Shown: positions 1 through 9,537 of the stretch, in pieces
How the letters are laid out: every line of letters starts with the position of its first letter
How positions within the stretch are numbered: position 1 is the stretch's first letter
DNA from: a virus
Virus record (IMG/VR): IMGVR_UViG_3300045988_108148
Reading direction: 5' to 3' (one strand)
DNA length: 64,000 bases
The notes under the pieces: generated by a model
What the model saw: only the letters and a program-made list of their open reading frames with translations
What the model was told of the DNA's origin: nothing
Database searches by the model: none
Made by a program: the position numbers and the translations under genes

Positions 1-242
1 AGTTTCTTTGCTTTCTCTTCTCGCTTCTTTAAAGCTGCCTCTTTACGCTTTTTAGCAGCTTCTGCTTTAAGTTCTTTCTTTCTAGTCTCCCAAGCTTTCT
101 CTTGTTCTTCTTTAGCAATTGCTTTACTAAGAATACGATCAGCAAGTGCATTTGCATTTGCAATAATTTTCTCTTTAAGTGCTTTTACTTTATCTAAAGA
201 GGATATTTTTTTTTCTGTAGATTTGATATCTTTAGTTTTCAT
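1..242 (-). CDS. hypothetical Lys/Glu-rich coiled-coil protein (partial, runs off left edge)
   Basis: Own translation of the reverse strand from the ATG at 242-240 gives MKTKDIKSTEKKISSLDKVKALKEKIIANANALADRILSKAIAKEEQEKAWETRKKELKAEAAKKRKEAALKKREEKAKK, with no stop before position 1. It is absent from the ORF track because no stop lies inside the window. Confidence 0.55.
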   Translation of the reverse strand, partial: MKTKDIKSTEKKISSLDKVKALKEKIIANANALADRILSKAIAKEEQEKAWETRKKELKAEAAKKRKEAALKKREEKAKK

Positions 243-277
243 AAATTTTGATAATTTTAATATTAGTAAATAAGTTT

Positions 278-343
278 TCGAGACTTGTGATTCGTCCGGG
301 ATTCGAACCCGACTTGCCAAACTCTTGTTCCTACTTAAAGGGA
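278..343 (-). ncRNA. tRNA-like element: acceptor stem and T arm present, no foldable anticodon arm
   Basis: The reverse strand reads GATTTGT...TCGGG-TTCGAAT-CCCGG-ACGAATC-A. That gives a 7-bp acceptor pairing (one G-U) and a consensus T-loop. Only 34 nt separate the acceptor from the T arm, and I cannot fold a 5-bp/7-nt anticodon arm. Total length is 66 nt. Confidence 0.3.
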
Positions 344-360
344 GCGACAAATCTTCCTTT

Positions 361-876
361 TTATGCTGCCAAATACATGTATGCTCCGCTAGTATCTAAC
401 TCAGCTGCATCATTAAAATCAGCAAGTTTCTTTTTTAGGCCATTAATCTCCAACTGAAGATTATTACGAAGTTTATTTAGATAATCACGAGTAAGTTCCT
501 CATTCTGCTTAAGATTCTTCTTACCCTTCTTCATCTTTAGGGTAGGATTAATCGTTGACTTCTCGATAATAATACCTAATTGAACAAACTGTTCATTTTT
601 CTCTGATAACTCAAAGATAATAGGATAAATACTATCTTTCGGAAAATCGCTACGTGATTTAAAACCGATATTGATACAAAACTGATCTAGTTTCGTCTGA
701 ATACGGTCTATAGCTTTTTTATTAATATCATCTAACAATGCTTTCATATCATAATGACGCTTGAACCCATTCTCAACTAAGTTCTCTGTTCGAATGATCA
801 TCCAGTTATTAGTGATATCTTTATTTAACTTCTCTAGCTTTGCCTTAATTTCTGTTGATTTAATTTTCATATACAA
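361..876 (-). CDS. hypothetical protein
   Basis: ORF track, 171 aa, Lys/Glu/Asn-rich. Co-oriented with its neighbours. No motif recognised. Confidence 0.7.
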   Translation of the reverse strand: MYMKIKSTEIKAKLEKLNKDITNNWMIIRTENLVENGFKRHYDMKALLDDINKKAIDRIQTKLDQFCINIGFKSRSDFPKDSIYPIIFELSEKNEQFVQLGIIIEKSTINPTLKMKKGKKNLKQNEELTRDYLNKLRNNLQLEINGLKKKLADFNDAAELDTSGAYMYLAA

Positions 877-1032
877 ATTGATTTTAAATTGTTAAACATC
901 TATTTATATACTTGAATTATCAACTACCTGTGAGGGCGTATTCATCATCGATAATGACATCCTCTTCTTATTCTCGAGGCTAGCCAACCCACTTAGCATG
1001 TTATTATACATACCGTATTACGCCCATGTTAT

Positions 1033-1064
1033 GGTAGAGAAATTAACTCATCTCTTTCTCTACC
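1033..1064. repeat. perfect 10-bp inverted repeat hairpin in an intergenic gap
   Basis: GGTAGAGAAA (1033-1042) and TTTCTCTACC (1055-1064) pair around a 12-nt loop. No flanking T-run on either strand. Confidence 0.6.
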
Positions 1065-1144
1065 AGGAAATATCTTGAGTAATGTGTAATATCTATTCAT
1101 CATTCATCACAGAATATAGTTACCATTACTTATGATTTTCGATT

Positions 1145-1684
1145 TTATGGACGACGGAATAATACTTGCGATGGATTTGAAAAATCCACTACAACAGCTT
1201 GACCAGAATTGTCTTTTACTAATACTCCATTTATTAAAACATTTTTTCGATTAGGAACTCCTTTCTCAACTGTAGAGTTCTCTTCAGTCATTGTTTTAAT
1301 ATCTGAAGCTAATACAAAACGATATGCAACAAAAATTGCAGATATAGCCAAACTATAATTTCCATCTTTATAATAATTTGAGAAACGATCACACATATCT
1401 TTATATGCATCATCATTTCGACCACTACCCATACCGGTTATTATCTTAATTAATCTAAGACAAATTGTCTCAGGATTAAGTACATATTCTCCACCAAATA
1501 GGCGATTTAACCATGAAATACTCGTTTTACCAAGTGTTATCGATCCATCTTTATTGACTTTCTTATATTTTGCTACTTGCTTTTCATCTGTAAGTAGCAA
1601 TTGATCTACAAGAATAGGATCACTAAACATGTAAGTTAAATCTCTAAACGCCCACGGACTTATAGTAAATCCCTGCTCGGACAT
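1145..1684 (-). CDS. hypothetical protein
   Basis: ORF track, 179 aa. Starts 5 nt after the stop of the upstream ORF. No motif recognised. Confidence 0.7.
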   Translation of the reverse strand: MSEQGFTISPWAFRDLTYMFSDPILVDQLLLTDEKQVAKYKKVNKDGSITLGKTSISWLNRLFGGEYVLNPETICLRLIKIITGMGSGRNDDAYKDMCDRFSNYYKDGNYSLAISAIFVAYRFVLASDIKTMTEENSTVEKGVPNRKNVLINGVLVKDNSGQAVVVDFSNPSQVLFRRP

Positions 1685-1689
1685 AGTAA

Positions 1690-2226
1690 TTAGATATTAA
1701 CGTCAATACCTAACTCTTTCATCCGAGTCCGACAAGCTGTAGCCTCAAGCTCATTTGCCTCGGCTAAAGTTCCACAGAACTTCATCTGAGCATTCAAGAA
1801 GCTCTGAAGTACGTTCTTCTCATCCCGGTTAAGGGCCATAACTTCCGGTACTAATTTAACATAGTCTACAAAGATAGTAATTTCTTCTTTGTTAGACCGT
1901 TCGTACTTCTCAATTGCTGCTTTAACAGTAGAAGCCGATGGTACCGGAATAACTTTCGTAATGTCGTCAATATTGGCGATATCGAGCCGTAATTTCGGAT
2001 CTTTATTGAACTGAACTTTACGTTCGTTACTCATTGATTCTACTAACTCGACTGAAGTTACCTCTATCGGTCGAATTGAGTATAGATAAATAGGCCGACT
2101 TAAAGTCAATGCACCATTCTTTTTATCTTCTGAATAATTTGTATCTACTGGGTTCCGTTCTACTACTAAAATATATTTACCCAGAGTTGCGCCACATTGT
2201 GCGGCATTAATACGCATATAATCCAT
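1690..2226 (-). CDS. hypothetical protein
   Basis: ORF track frame 1690..2265. I trimmed the start to the first ATG (MDYMRINAAQ...). AAGGAGG (reverse strand, 2242-2236) lies 9 nt upstream of it. Confidence 0.7.
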   Translation of the reverse strand: MDYMRINAAQCGATLGKYILVVERNPVDTNYSEDKKNGALTLSRPIYLYSIRPIEVTSVELVESMSNERKVQFNKDPKLRLDIANIDDITKVIPVPSASTVKAAIEKYERSNKEEITIFVDYVKLVPEVMALNRDEKNVLQSFLNAQMKFCGTLAEANELEATACRTRMKELGIDVNI

Positions 2227-4676
2227 AATTTGTTTCCTCCTTGATTTCGTGGTTGATTCCACCAACGAAACATTTTAAATTGTTTTTAAAAGATCAATGA
2301 ACTCAAATAAAATAAAAGAACTTCTTTACTGGAGTATTTCCTAAATAGGGGATGTTGTTGCCCAGGTGCCTGTTATCTTATCGCCTACGTCAATTCAATG
2401 ACTACTCCTTGAAATTATTCTTTATACTTGATAAGCTTGTTGGATTCTATTTCACTCTGTAATTCTGCTATTGCTATTACTCTAGCACTCCATAGAGACA
2501 CATTTAAGTAGATACTTCCTCTTCTTAAATGACACTTTTTCATCTAGTGCATTATGGAACTAGTCTTACTCTAGAATTATCCAATTATACTTTTCATATT
2601 AACTAATGAAGGTTCGTGTCATGACTAACTGTCCCTTACGCTTGCCCAACATCAGACTAATGAGATCTTACGACATTAATTAATAAGTCACAAGATCAAT
2701 ACGTTTTTACTATCTTCTACCGCTGTATATTGATAGGGATATGCACATGCTACTAGTTCTTTACATTTCTAGGCTTCTCTAGCAAATGTTATATCTTTGT
2801 CAATACAAATATACTATTATTAGTATGTGTGTCTTAAATTGGCTTAAACACACTGATAAGATATAATAAACCATATAGGATTACTTTATCGAATATTCCA
2901 CATATACGGTCGTTTTAGGAACGTTACCAAACCCAACACTTCTAGTCTTTTCACCCTAAAGTGGTTGCCACTCTATTCTTTCATATGCAGTATACTGCCC
3001 ATATGACCTTTTCGAGGATTTTTCTGTTTTACAAGCTCGAATATTGAGGACTTTCACCTACTTTCCATTTACTCTTACTTACAAATAGGTCTATAAGTAT
3101 TAGTTCGCTTTCGGTCACTCTTAAAGATTTATAAGTTTCAATGAAACGCTTTATACCGATCATATAATTTATCATCATACTCTAGTATTCATGCACGAAG
3201 CAATAACGGTTGGCTTGTTGAGGGCGCAGTCAGAAAATGGTTTACCTTATCCTACAAATGATAGGCTTTTCCTAGCGAGGACTTCCTCAAATTTTATTTT
3301 AACTCGGGATTTTGGCCCCTACGGTGTTAAACATGTTAATACTCTCTAATATTCTTTATTTAAGAGGAAATATGACTCTCGGGCCAGTGGTGAATCTTTG
3401 GATTCAGTAGCTCTACGTTAATAGACTTGAACTTAGCCCATTGACTTTACAAAAGCCCTACTTTCGTTATATATTTTAAAGAAAGCATACTAAACTTTGC
3501 AGGTTTCTCGGATATCAACCGACGGACTCTGTTAGCCGACGTCAAAAACTTTGTATTAGGTAAGTCAGACCTGTTTTAGATACATACAGTGTTACCGTAT
3601 TACAATCTTGCCAAGAGTTGTTCTAAAACTTGGATTAACGTTTTGGTACGCTTCACCAAACCTCTGCGTTTCCATTTATTATCGTGATATAACTCATGCA
3701 GTAAACACAATCACGTTGATATTAATAGTTCTATAAAGTATAGGTTTGGCACCTAATCCGGATAATCTGTCATACGTATCCATAGAAAATAAGTCTCGAA
3801 TTCATTTCTATTTCCTAGTATGGATCATAGCCACTCAGCCATATGAATCCTTAGTAATAACACCAACTGTTGACCTTTACTTCTAAGAGTAAAAGTTGTA
3901 GTAATTGATTCTACTTTCTTTAGATTCGTAGCACCTTATAGCACCCTCTATTAAATATCTAATCTCCTTCATAACTACACTTCCCCTATATTCTTTTATA
4001 TAGATGTTTCAGCACTAATGTAGTGAACACTGAGATAGCAAATTTATTTAACCTATCCAAATTAATTAAAGTGGATTCAGTAAGGTAGCTTTGGACACTA
4101 CCCGGAACTTAGTCAGTTCTTTGTTGAGTAATTCTATCACCCTTTGTGATAGTTGCGGTTGCTGTTTAAAGTCCCTTCTTGATTTCAGGATTGGTTTCCT
4201 CCACGGACTTCTAATGAAGTTTACTATTGTCTTTACTCTAAGACTTAATAATTACATTGTCACCTATAATTATTAATAGCTGCTGAAGCAGACTCCATAT
4301 ATCGTTTATCTTCTACGTTTCCCTACTTTATCGGTAAGCGTATTGAAGTGTCTTCTCTTAGTATATTCGCCAGACGGTTCTCAATATCTATAGAATGGAT
4401 TGATATCTACACTATTCCATTTTCTTATTAACTTTTCTAGAGTAAAAGGATATACTCATTAATAAGTTATCATATTACCTTTTGAATTGCGTGTTAGCGC
4501 TATCATATTCTCATATCCTGTTTTCCTTGTCTATATTATGCGATTCGTTGATCAGACTTGTCCAAACATAATATACGCTGTCTTATTGCTTTTTAAGTGT
4601 ACAGCTACAATACCACTCTCCTTCTTCTTACTACGGGTAAGGAGTCGTTTGACCCGACAGCTTTTATCTTTAACTG

Positions 4677-4772
4677 TTATATTATACACCATGCAAAAAG
4701 TAAACACATTATAAAGAAGATAATTAAGCCTACAAATGCTAATTTATCTAATGTATTATTATTTGCTTTCAT
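4677..4772 (-). CDS. 31-aa single-pass membrane miniprotein (below ORF-track threshold)
   Basis: Own translation gives MKANNNTLDKLAFVGLIIFFIMCLLFAWCII. Its ATG overlaps the TGA of ORF 4769..5170 (ATGA coupling). Confidence 0.4.
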   Translation of the reverse strand: MKANNNTLDKLAFVGLIIFFIMCLLFAWCII

Positions 4773-5170
4773 CTCTCTACGCTTTTAGGAATCTGAACAT
4801 CTGGTACGTGAAAGCGAGGAGTAGGTAGAGTAAACATCACTACTTTCTCCAAATATTCAGTTTTTGTTTCATATTCTTTCCTTTCTTTAACTGGTTTCTT
4901 TACTACCTTTTCCACGATTTTCGTGGGGTGATTAATGGTGACATCAATGTTAGCGATCGGCATATCGCTTTTTACATTGGAAACACCTTTATTAAGATCA
5001 ATCTCTAAGGACAAATTGCCCTTAGGATCGAACTTTAATGCGGGCAAGTCAAGTGGTTTTACTTGGTCTGCCCGAACCTCTTCTACTTGAAAGAAGTTCG
5101 TATTATAGGATAATAATATACCTACAATAGCAAATGACACGTATGTAAGTAAATTGCCATGTCTACTCAT
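4769..5170 (-). CDS. N-terminally membrane-anchored hypothetical protein
   Basis: ORF track, 133 aa. Has a hydrophobic segment LLTYVSFAIVGILLSY near the N-terminus. Confidence 0.7.
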   Translation of the reverse strand: MSRHGNLLTYVSFAIVGILLSYNTNFFQVEEVRADQVKPLDLPALKFDPKGNLSLEIDLNKGVSNVKSDMPIANIDVTINHPTKIVEKVVKKPVKERKEYETKTEYLEKVVMFTLPTPRFHVPDVQIPKSVER

Positions 5171-5192
5171 TTTGATAATGATTTATAGTTAT

Positions 5193-6596
5193 TTACTTCT
5201 TCTCTTCCACCGGTTTCTCGTCTTTCTTAGGATCTGCAGTTTCCTCAGATTTCGGAGTTTCCTTAGGATATTCGCTTTCTGTATATAGAGCGAAGGCTGC
5301 ATCCTTGTCTACGTACATATTACGAATTTCGATCATTTTATTCGTTGCATTGAGCATGAACTTCGGATCTGCCATAGGAACTTCAGTCTTATAGGCTTCA
5401 TAGAATTTGTTCATGATCTTCTTGGCGAGTCCTACTTCATATGATTTAGGATCGTCAGTATTAACAACTAATTTACTTAGTTGCGGTACTTGTAAGAAGA
5501 AATCTCGAGTAGGCTCAAGGATTCCATTCTTAACTGCTGTAGTTTCGTCAATTGGCTGTTTAGAATCCGCATTACGAACACGAATAAACGCTTTAATTAA
5601 ATCAACTACTTCATCCTCACTCAGAACCGGAAGATTATATTTCACAGTTGAATGAGCGAAAATTGGATTATGATCTGCTATAAGAGAACTAACAGTTCCC
5701 TGACATAGACCACGTACTAATGCTGTAGATTTATTACCTAACAGGGTAACAGCATCTTCGAATAATGCACCTAATCCAATCTTGTTCCAAGTTTCCTTTT
5801 TTGCTTCGTCTGGTTCTTGATTCTGTCGATATAATCGTACTTTCATCAATGCCTCGCTGAAACGATTTGGAAAAGGGGAGTTCTGCTGTGATAAGATATA
5901 GGATAATCCATTCTTTGCATCATTCTCATCCTTCCACTTAGCAGCATCTAGCTCAGGAACTACAGGAGCTTTTTTCTCTTGTTTAATTTCCTCTTTAGCT
6001 TCTTTCTCTGTTTCTGGAGTAATGTCCTTAAATGCTAAGGTCATTTGTTTACCATCCTCAGATACATGATGCGGCAACATTGTAACACCAATATTATTAA
6101 ATGTATTAATAACATCTTGAACAATGACATCATCATTTGGAACTGCAAGACCTAATTCAAGTTTCTCTTCACGAGCTTGAATAGAAGCCTTAGTCATACC
6201 CCAAGCAAGATTATATGTGAAGGCTTGCTCCATCTTAATCGTTGCTGGTTCACCAGATTTCATTCCGGCTATATGACGCTGAGCTACTTCTAATAGTCGA
6301 GCATAACCATCGCCAGACATTCTCTGATGTGGTTGTAACTTAATGTTGTTTAAGTCGATTTTTGAAGGAATCTCTTCCTTTGGCTCCGGCTTAACCTCTT
6401 CGGTTGCAACTGTTTCTACTGTAGGATCTACAGGTGGTGGAGTTTGTTTTCTCTCCTCTTTTTCTACCTCAGGCTTTTTTACTTCCTTTGGTTTTTGTGG
6501 ATTATTTACTTGAGTTTGTTTTGTACTCTTGTTATCCTTTACTTCAGTATCCTTTACAGGAGCTTGCTGAGTTGTTTTATTTTTCTTATTAGACAT
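5193..6596 (-). CDS. hypothetical protein with Lys/Glu/Pro-rich low-complexity termini
   Basis: ORF track, 467 aa, the longest ORF of the leftward arm. No catalytic motif recognised. Confidence 0.75.
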   Translation of the reverse strand: MSNKKNKTTQQAPVKDTEVKDNKSTKQTQVNNPQKPKEVKKPEVEKEERKQTPPPVDPTVETVATEEVKPEPKEEIPSKIDLNNIKLQPHQRMSGDGYARLLEVAQRHIAGMKSGEPATIKMEQAFTYNLAWGMTKASIQAREEKLELGLAVPNDDVIVQDVINTFNNIGVTMLPHHVSEDGKQMTLAFKDITPETEKEAKEEIKQEKKAPVVPELDAAKWKDENDAKNGLSYILSQQNSPFPNRFSEALMKVRLYRQNQEPDEAKKETWNKIGLGALFEDAVTLLGNKSTALVRGLCQGTVSSLIADHNPIFAHSTVKYNLPVLSEDEVVDLIKAFIRVRNADSKQPIDETTAVKNGILEPTRDFFLQVPQLSKLVVNTDDPKSYEVGLAKKIMNKFYEAYKTEVPMADPKFMLNATNKMIEIRNMYVDKDAAFALYTESEYPKETPKSEETADPKKDEKPVEEKK

Positions 6597-6689
6597 GATT
6601 CAATTGATTTGTTTACTGTCCTTTACAGTTTTAAATTATTAAAATAACTAATGATAGAAATAGTAATGATCCCGAAAATAGTTAGTAAG

Positions 6690-7073
6690 CTAACTTGAAT
6701 CCTCGTGATTTGGTGACGCTCTAGTTCTAGTATGAACTAGAAGATTTTCTCCTTGTTGTTGGTCTCCTTGGTCTCTAATAAACCACATATAAGCCTTACT
6801 TACAGACTCAATTGTTGCAGTAATCATTGGTGTCACTCCAACGATTTGCAAAGCCTGTATGGGCATGTGGTTTACTACAGAGACCTTTTCTATTTGGTCC
6901 TTTTTAGGCTCGATATTACGAGTCTTACTTTGGATACCAAATCCAACAACAATCGCAAATGCTAGTGTCAATATTAAATTGATACCTAGCTTTGGGCTAC
7001 CTTGTACTCTAGCGATTGCTACAATCACTAGAATTAAAGCAACAATCATAGAAATGAAAGTCATTGTTGTCAT
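6690..7073 (-). CDS. two-helix membrane protein immediately downstream of the sigma factor
   Basis: ORF track, 127 aa. Has hydrophobic helices FISMIVALILVIVAIA and INLILTLAFAIVVGFGI. Starts 6 nt after the sigma-factor stop. Confidence 0.6.
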   Translation of the reverse strand: MTTMTFISMIVALILVIVAIARVQGSPKLGINLILTLAFAIVVGFGIQSKTRNIEPKKDQIEKVSVVNHMPIQALQIVGVTPMITATIESVSKAYMWFIRDQGDQQQGENLLVHTRTRASPNHEDSS

Positions 7074-7079
7074 GTTCTG

Positions 7080-7640
7080 TTAATTTTTTGAAAGTTTATG
7101 AAAAATTTCTCTCAACCTACGTTTTGCCTTATTCAAATCGGATTTTACAGTTCCGATAGGAATTCCAAGCTTAACACTCAGTTGATCGTAACTAAGACCT
7201 TGATAGTATCTTAACTCGAGTAAATTTCGATACTTAGATCTTAGGCGAGATAATGCTATTCTTAGAAGTTCAATATTCTCCGTTTTAATCATATCTGACT
7301 CGGGATCTGGAGCTGTCTCTTCTAATTGAATAGTATTTGTCTCATTATCTATGCTGAAGTTCTTACATAAATCCTTTGTGGCTCTTATATGATCAATAGT
7401 AGTATTAACTGCTATTGTCTTAAGCCACGCTTCGAAGCTAATAGGATTTACATAAGAACTGAGTTTACTAAAGGCTTTTATGAATGTATTACTCAATAGA
7501 TCTTGAGTAAGTTCATCATCTTTGACTATATCAAAGATAATATATCTTATCAGTCTATGATACCGTTCATATAACTGATTAAAAGCCTTATCATCACCGT
7601 GTTTTGCTTGTTCAATTAAGATTTTTTCTTCTTCTTTCAT
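7080..7640 (-). CDS. ECF-type (group 4) sigma-70 family RNA polymerase sigma factor
   Basis: 186 aa. The region-2-like part reads FNQLYERYHRLIRYIIFDIV...DLLSNTFIKAF...FEAWLKTIAVNTTIDHIR. The region-4 helix-turn-helix reads LELRYYQGLSYDQLSVKLGIPIGTVKSDLNKAKRRL. Confidence 0.85.
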   Translation of the reverse strand: MKEEEKILIEQAKHGDDKAFNQLYERYHRLIRYIIFDIVKDDELTQDLLSNTFIKAFSKLSSYVNPISFEAWLKTIAVNTTIDHIRATKDLCKNFSIDNETNTIQLEETAPDPESDMIKTENIELLRIALSRLRSKYRNLLELRYYQGLSYDQLSVKLGIPIGTVKSDLNKAKRRLREIFHKLSKN

Positions 7641-7664
7641 ATAACAAGCATTAGTTAGTGGAAA

Positions 7665-7685
7665 CTAGGGGAGTCGAACCCCTAG
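7665..7685 (-). terminator. GC-rich 7-bp hairpin with a T-loop-like loop (possible terminator after ORF 7772..8266)
   Basis: CTAGGGG-AGTCGAA-CCCCTAG. On the reverse strand the loop is TTCGACT, followed by TTTCC. No acceptor or anticodon pairing could be found around it. Confidence 0.35.
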
Positions 7686-7771
7686 AATCCTTTGTTTAGA
7701 ACGCCCTCTGCGACGACACAGCTATCTCGTCTGAAAGTAGGCAAATCTTATTACACTTCCTTATTTCTAAA

Positions 7772-8266
7772 CTAAAATGGAATACCTAATATATATCTAT
7801 AATAATATGTATCATATACATATTTACGTATCCAATAACATTGAATTAAGTTATCAAATATTTCATCAGAATATATTCTAGGTAATTCTATTTTGTCTAA
7901 CATTGCTACAGCAATTCTTAGTCTTACTAAGTCTGTAGTATGTTTGCTCCCTATCATCTTATTAGGATGAAAAAGACGTTGAGATATCCAAGCAATCCAT
8001 TCTTTAATTTTTGCTTTTATCTCAATCCAAGTACGCCAATCCATATTATCTGGACATACTGAACAAAATTTCCCATCTGGAGTTTTAATCCAACCAAAAT
8101 ATTTTTCATATTCTGATCCAATTATTCCCCAATCCATACAATAACCTTCATCTTCTCTAAATACTGGTAAAAATTTTTCATGTGTACTAATATTTTTGAA
8201 AAGATCTTTTATTGTATTACAGAGTTCGCCTCGTTGATCGAAGATTTTATCTCTATTTTTTTCCAT
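7772..8266 (-). CDS. hypothetical protein
   Basis: ORF track, 164 aa, Trp/Tyr-rich. Overlaps the upstream ORF by 58 nt, so the start is uncertain. Confidence 0.65.
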   Translation of the reverse strand: MEKNRDKIFDQRGELCNTIKDLFKNISTHEKFLPVFREDEGYCMDWGIIGSEYEKYFGWIKTPDGKFCSVCPDNMDWRTWIEIKAKIKEWIAWISQRLFHPNKMIGSKHTTDLVRLRIAVAMLDKIELPRIYSDEIFDNLIQCYWIRKYVYDTYYYRYILGIPF

Positions 8267-8694
8267 TTATCTTCGTTTATATACCGAATATTTACTTTAT
8301 TGAATAACTTTTGAGCATCTTCCCAAGAAACATGTAATTTACCTTGGATATCTGCAGTAACAGCTATTTCATTTAGATTCCCATCTGGTTGAATATTCTT
8401 TATACTTACAAATTCTTCATATTGTTCATCAGTATATTGAATACTACTAGATTCTGTGTTTCTTTCTCCTATTTTACTTGATTCAATTTCTTTAGATAGA
8501 AGAGTAAATTCAAATTTAGTAGGATCTTCCAAAATCTGTTCAACTATTTTATGATCTCTTTCAATAAGACCATTAGCAAATGAACTTAGTGAAATACTAT
8601 TTGTGATTCTTATAAATGGTTCCTTACCATTTAAAGACAAAATGTATTTCTGTTCACTGAATAAATCTTTAACAATATATACCCCTGCTTTCAT
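8209..8694 (-). CDS. hypothetical protein
   Basis: ORF track, 161 aa. Its ATG overlaps the TGA of the 59-aa ORF upstream. Confidence 0.65.
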   Translation of the reverse strand: MKAGVYIVKDLFSEQKYILSLNGKEPFIRITNSISLSSFANGLIERDHKIVEQILEDPTKFEFTLLSKEIESSKIGERNTESSSIQYTDEQYEEFVSIKNIQPDGNLNEIAVTADIQGKLHVSWEDAQKLFNKVNIRYINEDKWKKIEIKSSINEANSVIQ

Positions 8695-8870
8695 TTCTTA
8701 ATTGATTTATAATACGTGTCAATAACTCGACTTGCTGTAAGCAAATCAACTCCAAACTCTTCTTGGATTAGACGATTCTTTTCAAAATCATCATATGGTT
8801 CATCCATTATCTTCTTTAATTTCTCCTTTTCACCGGGATTATCAAAGTATATCCAAAATGTTAGCCTCAT
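8691..8870 (-). CDS. 59-aa hypothetical protein (just below ORF-track threshold)
   Basis: Own translation gives MRLTFWIYFDNPGEKEKLKKIMDEPYDDFEKNRLIQEEFGVDLLTASRVIDTYYKSIKK. It starts 1 nt after the stop of 8872..9237 and ends in an ATGA overlap with 8209..8694. Confidence 0.55.
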   Translation of the reverse strand: MRLTFWIYFDNPGEKEKLKKIMDEPYDDFEKNRLIQEEFGVDLLTASRVIDTYYKSIKK

Positions 8871-8871
8871 A

Positions 8872-9237
8872 TTACTCAGGAATTAAGAATGGAATGTTTT
8901 CAAGTTTTAGTATCTCATTATATACTTTATTCCATTGTTTTGGAATATTGTATGTTTTATAAGAACTTCTATGCTTTTTGGGATTGTGGTAATAATCCCA
9001 CCAAGACCTACTTAATACAGTAATTTGAGGAAATTTCTTACTTTTTCCTTCATTCTTAAGTAGTAATACAATGTTCGATTTACTAGTTATTAAACTCTTT
9101 GCAGATGTTGTTTTTGTTACATCTGCTCCTAAGTTCATTAACATTTTAAGGAAACCAATGACGCTTGGTCGTGGTCCTGCTAGTATACATTCTTTATTAA
9201 ATGATACTAATCTTTTTTCAGCTATTTTCTCATCCAT
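8872..9237 (-). CDS. hypothetical basic protein
   Basis: ORF track, 121 aa. No motif recognised. Confidence 0.65.
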   Translation of the reverse strand: MDEKIAEKRLVSFNKECILAGPRPSVIGFLKMLMNLGADVTKTTSAKSLITSKSNIVLLLKNEGKSKKFPQITVLSRSWWDYYHNPKKHRSSYKTYNIPKQWNKVYNEILKLENIPFLIPE

Positions 9238-9265
9238 AAGCTTTTTAAAATAATTAAATAAATTG

Positions 9266-9337
9266 TTATCTAGGTGGGATTCGAACCCACAATCTCCTGA
9301 TAAAATCCAGGGCTTTATCCAGTTAAGCTACTAGACA
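9266..9337 (-). tRNA. tRNA-like gene, Lys(UUU)-like, with a 16-nt (one nt short) anticodon arm
   Basis: The reverse strand (72 nt) reads TGTCTAG-TA-GCTT-AACTGGATA-AAGC-CCTGG-ATTTTA-TCAGG-AGATT-GTGGG-TTCGAAT-CCCAC-CTAGATA-A. It has a 7-bp acceptor (one G-U), a D arm with GG, and a canonical T-loop. The anticodon arm folds only as 5 bp plus a 6-nt loop, or 4 bp plus an 8-nt loop. No CCA is encoded. Confidence 0.5.
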
Positions 9338-9537
9338 CCCTCACTTTCGTAGTTAGCACGTTGATTTACGCTGCTCCTAGAGCAGTGTAATCAGTGACAA
9401 ATGTATTGCCATTTAAATTTTAAATTGAACCTATTTTACCTTTCACTACTAGTCAAACCCGTTCATCCCCGTATATTTAATATCGAAACAGAACATTTCC
9501 ACACATTATTTCGTTAAATAATAAAAAACTTAATATT

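Noticed and set aside
2266-4676. Stop-codon reassignment (TAG or TGA recoding, as in some gut phages) as the explanation for the ORF-free regions.
   Set aside because: In hand-translated samples (2461-2640 and 10201-10680), the minus-strand frames I checked (all three in 2461-2640, one in 10201-10680) contain a mixture of TAA, TAG and TGA. The structural genes read cleanly in the standard code. Reassigning a single codon cannot rescue an ORF here.
7654-7760. Possible minus-strand tRNA, suggested by GGTTCGACTCC (a T-loop-like sequence) at 7665-7685.
   Set aside because: I could not pair an acceptor stem within a normal tRNA length. The nearest candidate is GGAAGTG, which would make the element about 102 nt. 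No 5-bp/7-nt anticodon arm is foldable. I kept it only as a hairpin or possible terminator.
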